A stretch of DNA of 64,000 bases, taken from NCBI RefSeq assembly GCF_009914755.1, contig NC_060933.1; one strand, given 5' to 3'. The position numbers and the translations under genes are program-made. A model generated the notes under the pieces. It was given only the letters and a program-made list of their open reading frames with translations. It was not told the DNA's origin and did no database searches. This document shows, one piece after another, positions 24,501-39,500 of this stretch (its first letter is position 1; every line of letters starts with the position of its first letter). Origin of the DNA: the human T2T-CHM13v2.0 reference genome, Homo sapiens.

Positions 24501-27500
24501 TGTGATGTTTGCATTCAAGTCACAGAACTGAACATTCCCTTTCATAGAGCATGTTTGAAACACTCTTTCTGTAGTATCTGCAAGCGGACGTTTCAAGCGC
24601 TTTCAGGCCTATGGTGCGAAAGGAAATATCTTCAAGTAAAAACTAGACAGAAGCATTCTCAGAAACTTATTTGCCATGTGTGTTCTCAACTAACAGAATT
24701 GAACCTTTGTTTTGATACGGCATTTTGGAAACACTCTTTTTGTAGAATCTGCAGGTGCATATTCGGATAGCTTTGAAGGTTTCGTTGGAAACGGGAATAT
24801 CTTCATATAAAATCTAGACGGAAGCATTCTCAGAAACTGCTTTGTGATGTTTTCATTCCAGTCACAGAGTAGAATGTTCCCTTTTATATACCAGGTTTGA
24901 GACACTCTTTCTGCACTATCTGGAAGTGGACATTTGGAGCGCTTTGAGGCCTATGATGAAAAAGGAAATATCTTCCCATAAAAACTAGACAGAAGCATTC
25001 TCAGAAACTTGTTTGTGATGTGTGTATTCAACTAACAGAGATGAACCTTTCTTTTTACAGAGCAGTTTTGAAACACTCTTTTTGTGGAATCTGAGAGTGG
25101 ATATTTGGATAGCTTTGAGGATTTCGTTGGAAACGGGATTACATATAAAATCTAGAGAGAAACATTCTCAGGAACTTCTTTGTGATGTTTGCATTCACGT
25201 CACAGAACTGAACATTCCCTTTCATAGAGCATGTTTGAAACACTCTTTCTGTAGTATCTGCAAACGGACATTTCAAGCGCTTTCAGGCCTATGGTAAGAA
25301 AGGAAATATCTTCAAATAAAAACTAGACAGAAGCATTCTCAGAAACTTATTTGCGATGTGTGTCCTCAACTAACAGAGTTGAACCTTTGTTTTGATACAA
25401 CATTTTGGAAACACTGTTTTTGTAGAATCTGCAAGTGGATATTTGGATAGCTTTGAAGGTTTCGTTGGAAACGGGAATATCTTCATATAAAATCAAGACA
25501 GAAGCATTCTCAGAAACTTCTCTGTGATGTTTGCATTCAACTCATAGAGTTGAACACTTCCCTTCATAGAGCAGGTTTGAAACACTCTTTTTGTAATATT
25601 TGGAAGTGGACATTTGCAGCGCTTTGAGGCCTATGTTGAAAAAGGAAATATCTTCTCCTAAAAACCAGACAGAAGCATTCTCAGAAACTTCCTTGTGATG
25701 TGTGTACTCAAGTAACAGAGTTGAACCTTACTTTTGACAGAGCCGTTTTGAAACAGTCTTTTTGTAGAATCTGGAAGTAGATATTTGGACACCTTTGAGG
25801 ATTTCTTTGGAAACGGGATATCTTCATATAAAATCTAGACAGAAGCATTCTCAGAAACTTCTTTGTGCTGTATGTCCTCAATTAACAGAGTTGAACCTTT
25901 GTGTGGATACAGCATTTTGGAAACACTCCTTTAGTAGGATATGCAAGTTGATATTTAGATAGCTAGGAAGATTTCCTTGGAAACGGGAATATCTTCATAT
26001 AAAATGTAGACGGAAGCATTCTCAGAAAGTGCTTTGTGATGTTTCCATTCAAGTCACATAGTTGAATATTCCCTTTTATAGAGCAGGTTTGAAACACTCT
26101 TTCTGCACTACCTGGAAGTGGACATTTGGAGCGCTTTGAGGCCTATGTTGAAAAAGGAAATATCTTCCCATAAAAACTAGACAGAAGCATTCTCAGAAAT
26201 TTGTTTGTGATGTGTGTATTCAACTAACAGAGATGAACCTTTTTTTTTACAGAGCAGTTTTGAAACACTCTTTTTGTGGAATCTGAAAGTGGATATTTGG
26301 ATAGCTTTGAGGATTTCGTTGGAAACGGGATTACATATAAAATCTAGAGAGAAGCATTCTCAGGAACTTCTTTGTGATGTTTGCATTCAAGTCACAGAAC
26401 TGAACATTCCCTTTCATAGAGCATGTTTGAAACACTCTTTCTGTAGTATCTGCAAGCGGACGTTTCAAGCGCTTTCAGGCCTATGGTGCGAAAGGAAATA
26501 TCTTCAAGTAAAAACTAGACAGAAGCATTCTCAGAAACTTATTTGCCATGTGTGTTCTCAACTAACAGAATTGAACCTTTGTTGTGATACGGCATTTTGG
26601 AAACACTCTTTTTGTAGAATCTGCAGGTGCATATTCGGATAGCTTTGAAGGTTTCGTTGGAAACGGGAATATCTTCATATAAAATCTAGACGGAAGCATT
26701 CTCAGAAACTGCTTTGTGATGTTTTCATTCCAGTCACAGAGTAGAATGTTCCCTTTTATATACCAGGTTTGAGACACTCTTTCTGCACTATCTGGAAGTG
26801 GACATTTGGAGCGCTTTGAGGCCTATGATGAAAAAGGAAATATCTTCCCATAAAAACTAGACAGAAGCATTCTCAGAAATTTGTTTGTGATGTGTGTATT
26901 CAACTAACAGACATGAACCTTTCTTTTTACAGAGCAGTTTTGAAACACTCTTTTTGTGGAATCTGAATGTGGATATTTGGATATCTTTGAGGATTTCGTT
27001 GGAAACGGGATTACATATAAAATCTAGAGAGAAGCATTCTCAGGAACTTCTTTGTGATGTTTGCATTCACGTCACAGAACTGAACATTCCCTTTCATAGA
27101 GCATGTTTGAAAAACTCTTTCTGTAGTATCTGCAAACGGACATTTCAAGGGCTTTCAGGCCTATGGTAAGAAAGGAAATATCTTCAAATAAAAACTAGAC
27201 AGAAGCATTCTCAGAAACTTATTTGCGATGTGTGTCCTCAACTAACAGAGTTGAACCTTTGTTTTGATACAACATTTTGGAAACACTCTTTTTGTAGAAT
27301 CTGCAAGTGGATATTTGGATAGCTTTGAAGGTTTCGTTGGAAACGGGAATATCTTCATATAAAATCAAGACAGAAACATTCTCAGAAACTTCTCTGTGAT
27401 GTTTGCATTCAACTCATAGAGTTGAACACTTCCCTTCATAGAGCAGGTTTGAAACACTCTTTTTGTAATATTTGGAAGTGGACATTTGCAGCGCTTTGAG

Positions 27501-30500
27501 GCCTATGTTGAAAAAGGAAATATCTTCTCCTAAAAACAAGACAGAAGCATTCTCAGAAACTTCCTTGTGATGTGTGTACTCAAGTAACAGAGTTGAACCT
27601 TACTTTTGACAGAGCCGTTTTGAAACAGTCTTTTTGTAGAATCTGGAAGTAGATATTAGGATACCTTTGAGGATTTCTTTGGAAACGGGATATCTTCATA
27701 TAAAATCTAGACAGAAGCATTCTCAGAAACTTCTTTGTGCTGTATGTCCTCAATTAACAGAGTTGAACCTTTGTGTGGATACAGCATTTTGGAAACATTC
27801 CTTTAGTAGAATCTGCAAGTTGATATTTAGATAGCTAGGAAGATTTCCTTGGAAACGGGAATATCTTCATATAAAATCTAGACGGAAGCATTCTCAGAAA
27901 GTGCTTTGTGATGTTTGCATTCAGGTCACAGAGTTGAATATTCCCTTTTATAGAGCAGGTTTGAAACACTCTTTCTGCACTACCTGGAAGTGGACATTTG
28001 GAGCGCTTTGAGGCCTATGTTGAAAAAGGAAATATCTTCCCATAAAAACTAGACAGAAGCATTATCAGAAACTTGTTTGTGATGTGTGTATTCAACTAAC
28101 AGAGATGAACCTTTCTTTTTACAGAGCAGTTTTGAAACACTCTTTTTGTGGAATCTGAAAGTGGATATTTGGATAGCTTTGAGGATTTCGTTGGAAACGG
28201 GATTACATATAAAATCTAGAGAGAAACATTCTCAGGAACTTCTTTGTGATGTTTGCATTCACGTCACAGAACTGAACATTCCCTTTCATAGAGCATGTTT
28301 GAAACACTCTTTCTGTAGTATCTGCAAGCGGACGTTTCAAGCGCTTTCAGGCCTATGGTGAGAAAGGAAATATCTTCAAGTAAAAACTAGACAGAAGCAT
28401 TCTCAGAAACTTATTTGCCATGTGTGTTCTCAACTAACAGAGTTGAACCTTTGTTTTGATACGGCATTTTGGAAACACTCTTTTTGTAGAATCTGCAGGT
28501 GGATATTCGGATAGCTTTGAAGGTTTCGTTGGAAACGGGAATATCTTCATATAAAATCTAGACGGAAGCATTCTCAGAAACTGCTTTGTGATGTTTTCAT
28601 TGAAGTCACAGAGTAGAATGTTCCCTTTTATATACCAGGTTTGAGACACTCTTTCTGCACTATCTGGAAGTGGACATTTGGAGCGCTTTGAGGCCTATGA
28701 TGAAAAAGGAAATATCTTCCCATAAAAACTAGACAGAAGCATTCTCAGAAACTTGTTTGTGATGTGTGTATTCAACTAACAGAGATGAACCTTTCTTTTT
28801 ACAGAGCAGTTTTGAAACACTCTTTTTGTGGAATCTGAAAGTGGATATTTGGATAGCTTTGAGGATTTCGTTGGAAACGGGATTACATATAAAATCTAGA
28901 GAGAAGCATTCTCAGGAACTTCTTTGTGATGTTTGCATTCACGTCACAGAACTGAACATTCCCTTTCATAGAGCATGTTTGAAACACTCTTTCTGTAGTA
29001 TCTGCAAACGGACATTTCAAGCGCTTTCAGGCCTATGGTAAGAAAGGAAATATCTTCAAATAAAAACTAGACAGAAGCATTCTCAGAAACTTATTTGCGA
29101 TGTGTGTCCTCAACTAACAGAGTTGAACCTTTGTTTTGATACAACATTTTGGAAACACTCTTTTTGTAGAATCTGCAAGTGGATATTTGGATAGCTTTGA
29201 AGGTTTCGTTGGAAACGGGAATATCTTCATATAAAATCAAGACAGAAGCATTCTCAGAAACTTCTCTGTGATGTTTGCATTCAACTCATAGAGTTGAACA
29301 CTTCCCTTCATAGAGCAGGTTTGAAACACTCTTTTTGTAATATTTGGAAGTGGACATTTGCAGCGCTTTGAGGCCTATGTTGAAAAAGGAAATATCTTCT
29401 CCTAAAAACCAGACAGAAGCATTCTCAGAAACTTCCTTGTGATGTGTGTACTCAAGTAACAGAGTTGAACCTTACTTTTGACAGAGCCGTTTTGAAACAG
29501 TCTTTTTGTAGAATCTGGAAGTAGATATTTGGACACCTTTGAGGATTTCTTTGGAAACGGGATATCTTCATATAAAATCTAGACAGAAGCATTCTCAGAA
29601 ACTTCTTTGTGCTGTATGTCCTCAATTAACAGAGTTGAACCTTTGTGTGGATACAGCATTTTGGAAACACTCCTTTAGTAGGATATGCAAGTTGATATTT
29701 AGATAGCTAGGAAGATTTCCTTGGAAACGGGAATATCTTCATATAAAATGTAGACGGAAGCATTCTCAGAAAGTGCTTTGTGATGTTTGCATTCAAGTCA
29801 CAGAGTTGAATATTCCCTTTTATAGAGCAGGTTTGAAACACTCTTTCTGCACTACCTGGAAGTGGACATTTGGAGCGCTTTGAGGCCTATGTTGAAAAAG
29901 GAAATATCTTCCCATAAAAACTAGACAGAAGAATTCTCAGAAATTTGTTTGTGATGTGTGTATTCAACTAACAGAGATGAACCTTTCTTTTTACAGAGCA
30001 GTTTTGAAACACTCTTTTTGTGGAATCTGAAAGTGGATATTTGGATAGCTTTGAGGATTTCGTTGGAAACGGGATTACATATAAAATCTAGAGAGAAGCA
30101 TTCTCAGGAACTTCTTTGTGATGTTTGCATTCAAGTCACAGAACTGAACATTCCCTTTCATAGAGCATGTTTGAAACACTCTTTCTGTAGTATCTGCAAG
30201 CGGACGTTTCAAGCGCTTTGAGGCCTATGGTGCGAAAGGAAATATCTTCAAGTAAAAACTAGACAGAAGCATTCTCAGAAACTTATTTGCCATGTGTGTT
30301 CTCAACTAACAGAATTGAACCTTTGTTGTGATACGGCATTTTGGAAACACTCTTTTTGTAGAATCTGCAGGTGCATATTCGGATAGCTTTGAAGGTTTCG
30401 TTGGAAACGGGAATATCTTCATATAAAATCTAGACGGAAGCATTCTCAGAAACTGCTTTGTGATGTTTTCATTCCAGTCACAGAGTAGAATGTTCCCTTT

Positions 30501-33500
30501 TATATACCAGGTTTGAGACACTCTTTCTGCACTATCTGGAAGTGGACATTTGGAGCGCTTTGAGGCCTATGATGAAAAAGGAAATATCTTCCCATAAAAA
30601 CTAGACAGAAGCATTCTCAGAAACTTGTTTGTGATGTGTGTATTCAACTAACAGAGATGAACCTTTCTTTTTACAGAGCAGTTTTGAAACACTCTTTTTG
30701 TGGAATCTGAGAGTGGATATTTGGATAGCTTTGAGGATTTCGTTGGAAACGGGATTACATATAAAATCTAGAGAGAAACATTCTCAGGAACTTCTTTGTG
30801 ATGTTTGCATTCACGTCACAGAACTGAACATTCCCTTTCATAGAGCATGTTTGAAACACTCTTTCTGTAGTATCTGCAAACGGACATTTCAAGCGTTTTC
30901 AGGCCTATGGTAAGAAAGGAAATATCTTCAAATAAAAACTAGACAGAAGCATTCTCAGAAACTTATTTGCGATGTGTGTCCTCAACTAACAGAGTTGAAC
31001 CTTTGTTTTGATACAACATTTTGGAAACACTCTTTTTGTAGAATCTGCAAGTGGATATTTGGATAGCTTTGAAGGTTTCGTTGGAAACGGGAATATCTTC
31101 ATATAAAATCAAGACAGAAGCATTCTCAGAAACTTCTCTGTGATGTTTGCATTCAACTCATAGAGTTGAACACTTCCCTTCATAGAGCAGGTTTGAAACA
31201 CTCTTTTTGTAATATTTGGAAGTGGACATTTGCAGCGCTTTGAGGCCTATGTTGAAAAAGGAAATATCTTCTCCTAAAAACCAGACAGAAGCATTCTCAG
31301 AAACTTCCTTGTGATGTGTGTACTCAAGTAACAGAGTTGAACCTTACTTTTGACAGAGCCGTTTTGAAACAGTCTTTTTGTAGAATCTGGAAGTAGATAT
31401 TTGGATACCTTTGAGGATTTCTTTGGAAACGGGATATCTTCATATAAAATCTAGACAGAAGCATTCTCAGAAACTTCTTTGTGCTGTATGTCCTCAATTA
31501 ACAGAGTTGAACCTTTGTGTGGATACAGCATTTTGGAAACACTCCTTTAGTAGGATATGCAAGTTGATATTTAGATAGCTAGGAAGATTTCCTTGGAAAC
31601 GGGAATATCTTCATATAAAATGTAGACGGAAGCATTCTCAGAAAGTGCTTTGTGATGTTTCCATTCAAGTCACATAGTTGAATATTCCCTTTTATAGAGC
31701 AGGTTGGAAACACTCTTTCTGCACTACCTGGAAGTGGACATTTGGAGCGCTTTGAGGCCTATGTTGAAAAAGGAAATATCTTCCCATAAAAACTAGACAG
31801 AAGCATTCTCAGAAATTTGTTTGTGATGTGTGTATTCAACTAACAGAGATGAACCTTTCTTTTTACAGAGCAGTTTTGAAACACTCTTTTTGTGGAATCT
31901 GAAAGTGGATATTTGGATAGCTTTGAGGATTTCGTTGGAAACGGGATTACATATAAAATCTAGAGAGAAGCATTCTCAGGAACTTCTTTGTGATGTTTGC
32001 ATTCAAGTCACAGACCTGAACATTCCCTTTCATAGAGCATGTTTGAAACACTCTTTCTGTAGTATCTGCAAGCGGACGTTTCAAGCGCTTTCAGGCCTAT
32101 GGTGCGAAAGGAAATATCTTCAAGTAAAAACTAGACAGAAGCATTCTCAGAAACTTATTTGCCATGTGTGTTCTCAACTAACAGAATTGAACCTTTGTTG
32201 TGATACGGCATTTTGGAAACACTCTTTTTGTAGAATCTGCAGGTGCATATTCGGATAGCTTTGAAGGTTTCGTTGGAAACGGGAATATCTTCATATAAAA
32301 TCTAGACGGAAGCATTCTCAGAAACTGCTTTGTGATGTTTTCATTCCAGTCACAGAGTAGAATGTTCCCTTTTATATACCAGGTTTGAGACACTCTTTCT
32401 GCACTATCTGGAAGTGGACATTTGGAGCGCTTTGAGGCCTATGATGAAAAAGGAAATATCTTCCCATAAAAACTAGACAGAAGCATTCTCAGAAATTTGT
32501 TTGTGATGTGTGTATTCAACTAACAGACATGAACCTTTTTTTTTACAGAGCAGTTTTGAAACACTCTTTTTGTGGAATCTGAAAGTGGATATTTGGATAT
32601 CTTTGAGGATTTCGTTGGAAACGGGATTACATATAAAATCTAGAGAGAAGCATTCTCAGGAACTTCTTTGTGATGTTTGCATTCACGTCACAGAACTGAA
32701 CATTCCCTTTCATAGAGCATGTTTGAAAAACTCTTTCTGTAGTATCTGCAAACGGACATTTCAAGGGCTCTCAGGCCTATGGTAAGAAAGGAAATATCTT
32801 CAAATAAAAACTAGACAGAAGCATTCTCAGAAACTTATTTGCGATGTGTGTCCTCAACTAACAGAGTTGAACCTTTGTTTTGATACAACATTTTGGAAAC
32901 ACTCTTTTTGTAGAATCTGCAAGTGGATATTTGGATAGCTTTGAAGGTTTCGTTGGAAACGGGAATATCTTCATATAAAATCAAGACAGAAGCATTCTCA
33001 GAAACTTCTCTGTGATGTTTGCATTCAACTCATAGAGTTGAACACTTCCCTTCATAGAGCAGGTTTGAAACACTCTTTTTGTAATATTTGGAAGTGGACA
33101 TTTGCAGCACTTTGAGGCCTATGTTGAAAAAGGAAATATCTTCTCCTAAAAACCAGACAGAAGCATTCTCAGAAACTTCCTTGTGATGTGTGTACTCAAG
33201 TAACAGAGTTGAACCTTACTTTTGACAGAGCCGTTTTGAAACAGTCTTTTTGTAGAATCTGGAAGTAGATATTTGGACACCTTTGAGGATTTCTTTGGAA
33301 ACGGGATATCTTCATATAAAATCTAGACAGAAGCATTCTCAGAAACTTCTTTGTGCTGTATGTCCTCAATTAACAGAGTTGAACCTTTGTGTGGATACAG
33401 CATTTTGGAAACACTCCTTTAGTAGGATATGCAAGTTGATATTTAGATAGCTAGGAAGATTTCCTTGGAAACGGGAATATCTTCATATAAAATGTAGACG

Positions 33501-36500
33501 GAAGCATTCTCAGAAAGTGCTTTGTGATGTTTGCATTCAAGTCACAGAGTTGAATATTCCCTTTTATAGAGCAGGTTTGAAACACTCTTTCTGCACTACC
33601 TGGAAGTGGACATTTGGAGCGCTTTGAGGCCTATGTTGAAAAAGGAAATATCTTCCCATAAAAACTAGAGAGAAGAATTCTCAGAAATTTGTTTGTGATG
33701 TGTGTATTCAACTAACAGAGATGAACCTTTCTTTTTACAGAGCAGTTTTGAAACACTCTTTTTGTGGAATCTGAAAGTGGATATTTGGATAGCTTTGAGG
33801 ATTTCGTTGGAAACGGGATTACATATAAAATCTAGAGAGAAGCATTCTCAGGAACTTCTTTGTGATGTTTGCATTCAAGTCACAGAACTGAACATTCCCT
33901 TTCATAGAGCATGTTTGAAACACTCTTTCTGTAGTATCTGCAAGCGGACGTTTCAAGCGCTTTGAGGCCTATGGTGCGAAAGGAAATATCTTCAAGTAAA
34001 AACTAGACAGAAGCATTCTCAGAAACTTATTTGCCATGTGTGTTCTCAACTAACAGAATTGAACCTTTGTTGTGATAAGGCATTTTGGAAACACTCTTTT
34101 TGTAGAATCTGCAGGTGCATATTCGGATAGCTTTGAAGGTTTCGTTGGAAACGGGAATATCTTCATATAAAATCTAGACGGAAGCATTCTCAGAAACTGC
34201 TTTGTGATGTTTTCATTCCAGTCACAGAGTAGAATGTTCCCTTTTGTATATCAGGTTTGAGACACTCTTTCTGCACTATCTGGAAGTGGACATTTGGAGC
34301 GCTTTGAGGCCTATGATGAAAAAGGAAATATCTTCCCATAAAAACTAGACAGAAGCATTCTCAGAAACTTGTTTGTGATGTGTGTATTCAACTAACAGAG
34401 ATGAACCTTTCTTTTTACAGAGCAGTTTTGAAACACTCTTTTTGTGGAATCTGAGAGTGGATATTTGGATAGCTTTGAGGATTTCGTTGGAAACGGGATT
34501 ACATATAAAATCTAGAGAGAAACATTCTCAGGAACTTCTTTGTGATGTTTGCATTCACGTCACAGAACTGAACATTCCCTTTCATAGAGCATGTTTGAAA
34601 CACTCTTTCTGTAGTATCTGCAAACGGACATTTCAAGGGCTCTCAGGCCTATGGTAAGAAAGGAAATATCTTCAAATAAAAACTAGACAGAAGCATTCTC
34701 AGAAACTTATTTGCGATGTGTGTCCTCAACTAACAGAGTTGAACCTTTGTTTTGATACAACATTTTGGAAACACTCTTTTTGTAGAATCTGCAAGTGGAT
34801 ATTTGGATAGCTTTGAAGGTTTCGTTGGAAACGGGAATATCTTCATATAAAATCAAGACAGAAACATTCTCAGAAACTTCTCTGTGATGTTTGCATTCAA
34901 CTCATAGAGTTGAACACTTCCCTTCATAGAGCAGGTTTGAAACACTCTTTTTGTAATATTTGGAAGTGGACATTTGCAGCGCTTTGAGGCCTATGTTGAA
35001 AAAGGAAATATCTTCTCCTAAAAACAAGACAGAAGCATTCTCAGAAACTTCCTTGTGATGTGTGTACTCAAGTAACAGAGTTGAACCTTACTTTTGACAG
35101 AGCCGTTTTGAAACAGTCTTTTTGTAGAATCTGGAAGTAGATATTAGGATACCTTTGAGGATTTCTTTGGAAACGGGATATCTTCATATAAAATCTAGAC
35201 AGAAGCATTCTCAGAAACTTCTTTGTGCTGTATGTCCTCAATTAACAGAGTTGAACCTTTGTGTGGATACAGCATTTTGGAAACATTCCTTTAGTAGAAT
35301 CTGCAAGTTGATATTTAGATAGCTAGGAAGATTTCCTTGGAAACGGGAATATCTTCATATAAAATGTAGACGGAAGCATTCTCAGAAAGTGCTTTGTGAT
35401 GTTTGCATTCAGGTCACAGAGTTGAATATTCCCTTTTATAGAGCAGGTTTGAAACACTCTTTCTGCACTACCTGGAAGTGGACATTTGGAGCGCTTTGAG
35501 GCCTATGTTGAAAAAGGAAATATCTTCCCATAAAAACTAGACAGAAGCATTGTCAGAAACTTGTTTGTGATGTGTGTATTCAACTAACAGAGATGAACCT
35601 TTCTTTTTACAGAGCAGTTTTGAAACACTCTTTTTGTGGAATCTGAAAGTGGATATTTGGATAGCTTTGAGGATTTCGTTGGAAACGGGATTACATATAA
35701 AATCTAGAGAGAAGCATTCTCAGGAACTTCTTTGTGATGTTTGCATTCAAGTCACAGAACTGAACATTCCCTTTCATAGAGCATGTTTGAAACACTCTTT
35801 CTGTAGTATCTGCAAGCGGACGTTTCAAGCGCTTTCAGGCCTATGGTGAGAAAGGAAATATCTTCAAGTAAAAACTAGACAGAAGCATTCTCAGAAACTT
35901 ATTTGCCATGTGTGTTCTCAACTAACAGAGTTGAACCTTTGTTTTGATACGGCATTTTGGAAACACTCTTTTTGTAGAATCTGCAGGTGGATATTCGGAT
36001 AGCTTTGAAGGTTTCGTTGGAAACGGGAATATCTTCATATAAAATCTAGACGGAAGCATTCTCAGAAACTGCTTTGTGATGTTTTCATTGAAGTCACAGA
36101 GTAGAATGTTCCCTTTTATATACCAGGTTTGAGACACTCTTTCTGCACTATCTGGAAGTGGACATTTGGAGCGCTTTGAGGCCTATGATGAAAAAGGAAA
36201 TATCTTCCCATAAAAACTAGACAGAAGCATTCTCAGAAACTTGTTTGTGATGTGTGTATTCAACTAACAGAGATGAACCTTTCTTTTTACAGAGCAGTTT
36301 TGAAACACTCTTTTTGTGGAATCTGAAAGTGGATATTTGGATAGCTTTGAGGATTTCGTTGGAAACGGGATTACATATAAAATCTAGAGAGAAGCATTCT
36401 CAGGAACTTCTTTGTGAGGTTTGCATTCACGTCACAGAACTGAACATTCCCTTTCATAGAGCATGTTTGAAACACTCTTTCTGTAGTATCTGCAAACGGA

Positions 36501-39500
36501 CATTTCAAGCGCTTTCAGGCCTATGGTAAGAAAGGAAATATCTTCAAATAAAAACTAGACAGAAGCATTCTCAGAAACTTATTTGCGATGTGTGTCCTCA
36601 ACTAACAGAGTTGAACCTTTGTTTTGATACAACATTTTGGAAACACTCTTTTTGTAGAATCTGCAAGTGGATATTTGGATAGCTTTGAAGGTTTCGTTGG
36701 AAACGGGAATATCTTCATATAAAATCAAGACAGAAGCATTCTCAGAAACTTCTCTGTGATGTTTGCATTCAACTCATAGAGTTGAACACTTCCCTTCATA
36801 GAGCAGGTTTGAAACACTCTTTTTGTAATATTTGGAAGTGGACATTTGCAGCGCTTTGAGGCCTATGTTGAAAAAGGAAATATCTTCTCCTAAAAACCAG
36901 ACAGAAGCATTCTCAGAAACTTCCTTGTGATGTGTGTACTCAAGTAACAGAGTTGAACCTTACTTTTGACAGAGCCGTTTTGAAACAGTCTTTTTGTAGA
37001 ATCTGGAAGTAGATATTAGGATACCTTTGAGGATTTCTTTGGAAACGGGATATCTTCATATAAAATCTAGACAGAAGCATTCTCAGAAACTTCTTTGTGC
37101 TGTATGTCCTCAATTAACAGAGTTGAACCTTTGTGTGGATACAGCATTTTGGAAACATTCCTTTAGTAGAATCTGCAAGTTGATATTTAGATAGCTAGGA
37201 AGATTTCCTTGGAAACGGGAATATCTTCATATAAAATCTAGACGGAAGCATTCTCAGAAAGTGCTTTGTGATGTTTGCATTCAGGTCACAGAGTTGAATA
37301 TTCCCTTTTATAGAGCAGGTTTGAAACACTCTTTCTGCACTACCTGGAAGTGGACATTTGGAGCGCTTTGAGGCCTATGTTGAAAAAGGAAATATCTTCC
37401 CATAAAAACTAGACAGAAGCATTGTCAGAAACTTGTTTGTGATGTGTGTATTCAACTAACAGAGATGAACCTTTCTTTTTACAGAGCAGTTTTGAAACAC
37501 TCTTTTTGTGGAATCTGAAAGTGGATATTTGGATAGCTTTGAGGATTTCGTTGGAAACGGGATTACATATAAAATCTAGAGAGAAGCATTCTCAGGAACT
37601 TCTTTGTGATGTTTGCATTCAAGTCACAGAACTGAACATTCCCTTTCATAGAGCATGTTTGAAACACTCTTTCTGTAGTATCTGCAAGCGGACGTTTCAA
37701 GCGCTTTCAGGCCTATGGTGAGAAAGGAAATATCTTCAAGTAAAAATTAGACAGAAGCATTCTCAGAAACTTATTTGCCATGTGTGTTCTCAACTAACAG
37801 AGTTGAACCTTTGTTTTGATACGGCATTTTGGAAACACTCTTTTTGTAGAATCTGCAGGTGGATATTCGGATAGCTTTGAAGGTTTCGTTGGAAACGGGA
37901 ATATCTTCATATAAAATCTAGACGGAAGCATTCTCAGAAACTGCTTTGTGATGTTTTCATTGAAGTCACAGAGTAGAATGTTCCCTTTTATATACCAGGT
38001 TTGAGACACTCTTTCTGCACTATCTGGAAGTGGACATTTGGAGCGCTTTGAGGCCTATGATGAAAAAGGAAATATCTTCCCATAAAAACTAGACAGAAGC
38101 ATTCTCAGAAACTTGTTTGTGATGTGTGTATTCAACTAACAGAGATGAACCTTTCTTTTTACAGAGCAGTTTTGAAACACTCTTTTTGTGGAATCTGAAA
38201 GTGGATATTTGGATAGCTTTGAGGATTTCGTTGGAAACGGGATTACATATAAAATCTAGAGAGAAGCATTCTCAGGAACTTCTTTGTGATGTTTGCATTC
38301 ACGTCACAGAACTGAACATTCCCTTTCATAGAGCATGTTTGAAACACTCTTTCTGTAGTATCTGCAAACGGACATTTCAAGCGCTTTCAGGCCTATGGTA
38401 AGAAAGGAAATATCTTCAAATAAAAACTAGACAGAAGCATTCTCAGAAACTTATTTGCGATGTGTGTCCTCAACTAACAGAGTTGAACCTTTGTTTTGAT
38501 ACAACATTTTGGAAACACTCTTGTTGTAGAATCTGCAAGTGGATATTTGGATAGCTTTGAAGGTTTCGTTGGAAACGGGAATATCTTCATATAAAATCAA
38601 GACAGAAGCATTCTCAGAAACTTCTCTGTGATGTTTGCATTCAACTCATAGAGTTGAACACTTCCCTTCATAGAGCAGGTTTGAAACACTCTTTTTGTAA
38701 TATTTGGAAGTGGACATTTGCAGCGCTTTGAGGCCTATGTTGAAAAAGGAAATATCTTCTCCTAAAAACCAGACAGAAGCATTCTCAGAAACTTCCTTGT
38801 GATGTGTGTACTCAAGTAACAGAGTTGAACCTTACTTTTGACAGAGCCGTTTTGAAACAGTCTTTTTGTAGAATCTGGAAGTAGATATTTGGACACCTTT
38901 GAGGATTTCTTTGGAAACGGGATATCTTCATATAAAATCTAGACAGAAGCATTCTCAGAAACTTCTTTGTGCTGTATGTCCTCAATTAACAGAGTTGAAC
39001 CTTTGTGTGGATACGGCATTTTGGAAACACTCCTTTAGTAGGATATGCAAGTTGATATTTAGATAGCTAGGAAGATTTCCTTGGAAACGGGAATATCTTC
39101 ATATAAAATGTAGACGGAAGCATTCTCAGAAAGTGCTTTGTGATGTTTGCATTCAAGTCACAGAGTTGAATATTCCCTTTTATAGAGCAGGTTTGAAACA
39201 CTCTTTCTGCACTACCTGGAAGTGGACATTTGGAGCGCTTTGAGGCCTATGTTGAAAAAGGAAATATCTTCCCATAAAAACTAGACAGAAGCATTCTCAG
39301 AAACTTGTTTGTGATGTGTGTATTCAACTAACAGAGATGAACCTTTCTTTTTACAGAGCAGTTTTGAAACACTGTTTTTGTGGAATCTGAAAGTGGATAT
39401 TTGGATAGCTTTGAGGATTTCGTTGGAAACGGGATTACATGTAAAATCTAGAGAGAAGCATTCTCAGGAACTTCTTTGTGATGTTTGCATTCAAGTCACA

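Noticed and set aside
26231-32545. T9 runs (CCTTTTTTTTTACAG) at ~26240 and ~32536 resembling splice acceptors or terminators
   Set aside because: These are single C-to-T substitutions in the monomer F sequence CCTTTCTTTTTACAG with no length change and no gene context.
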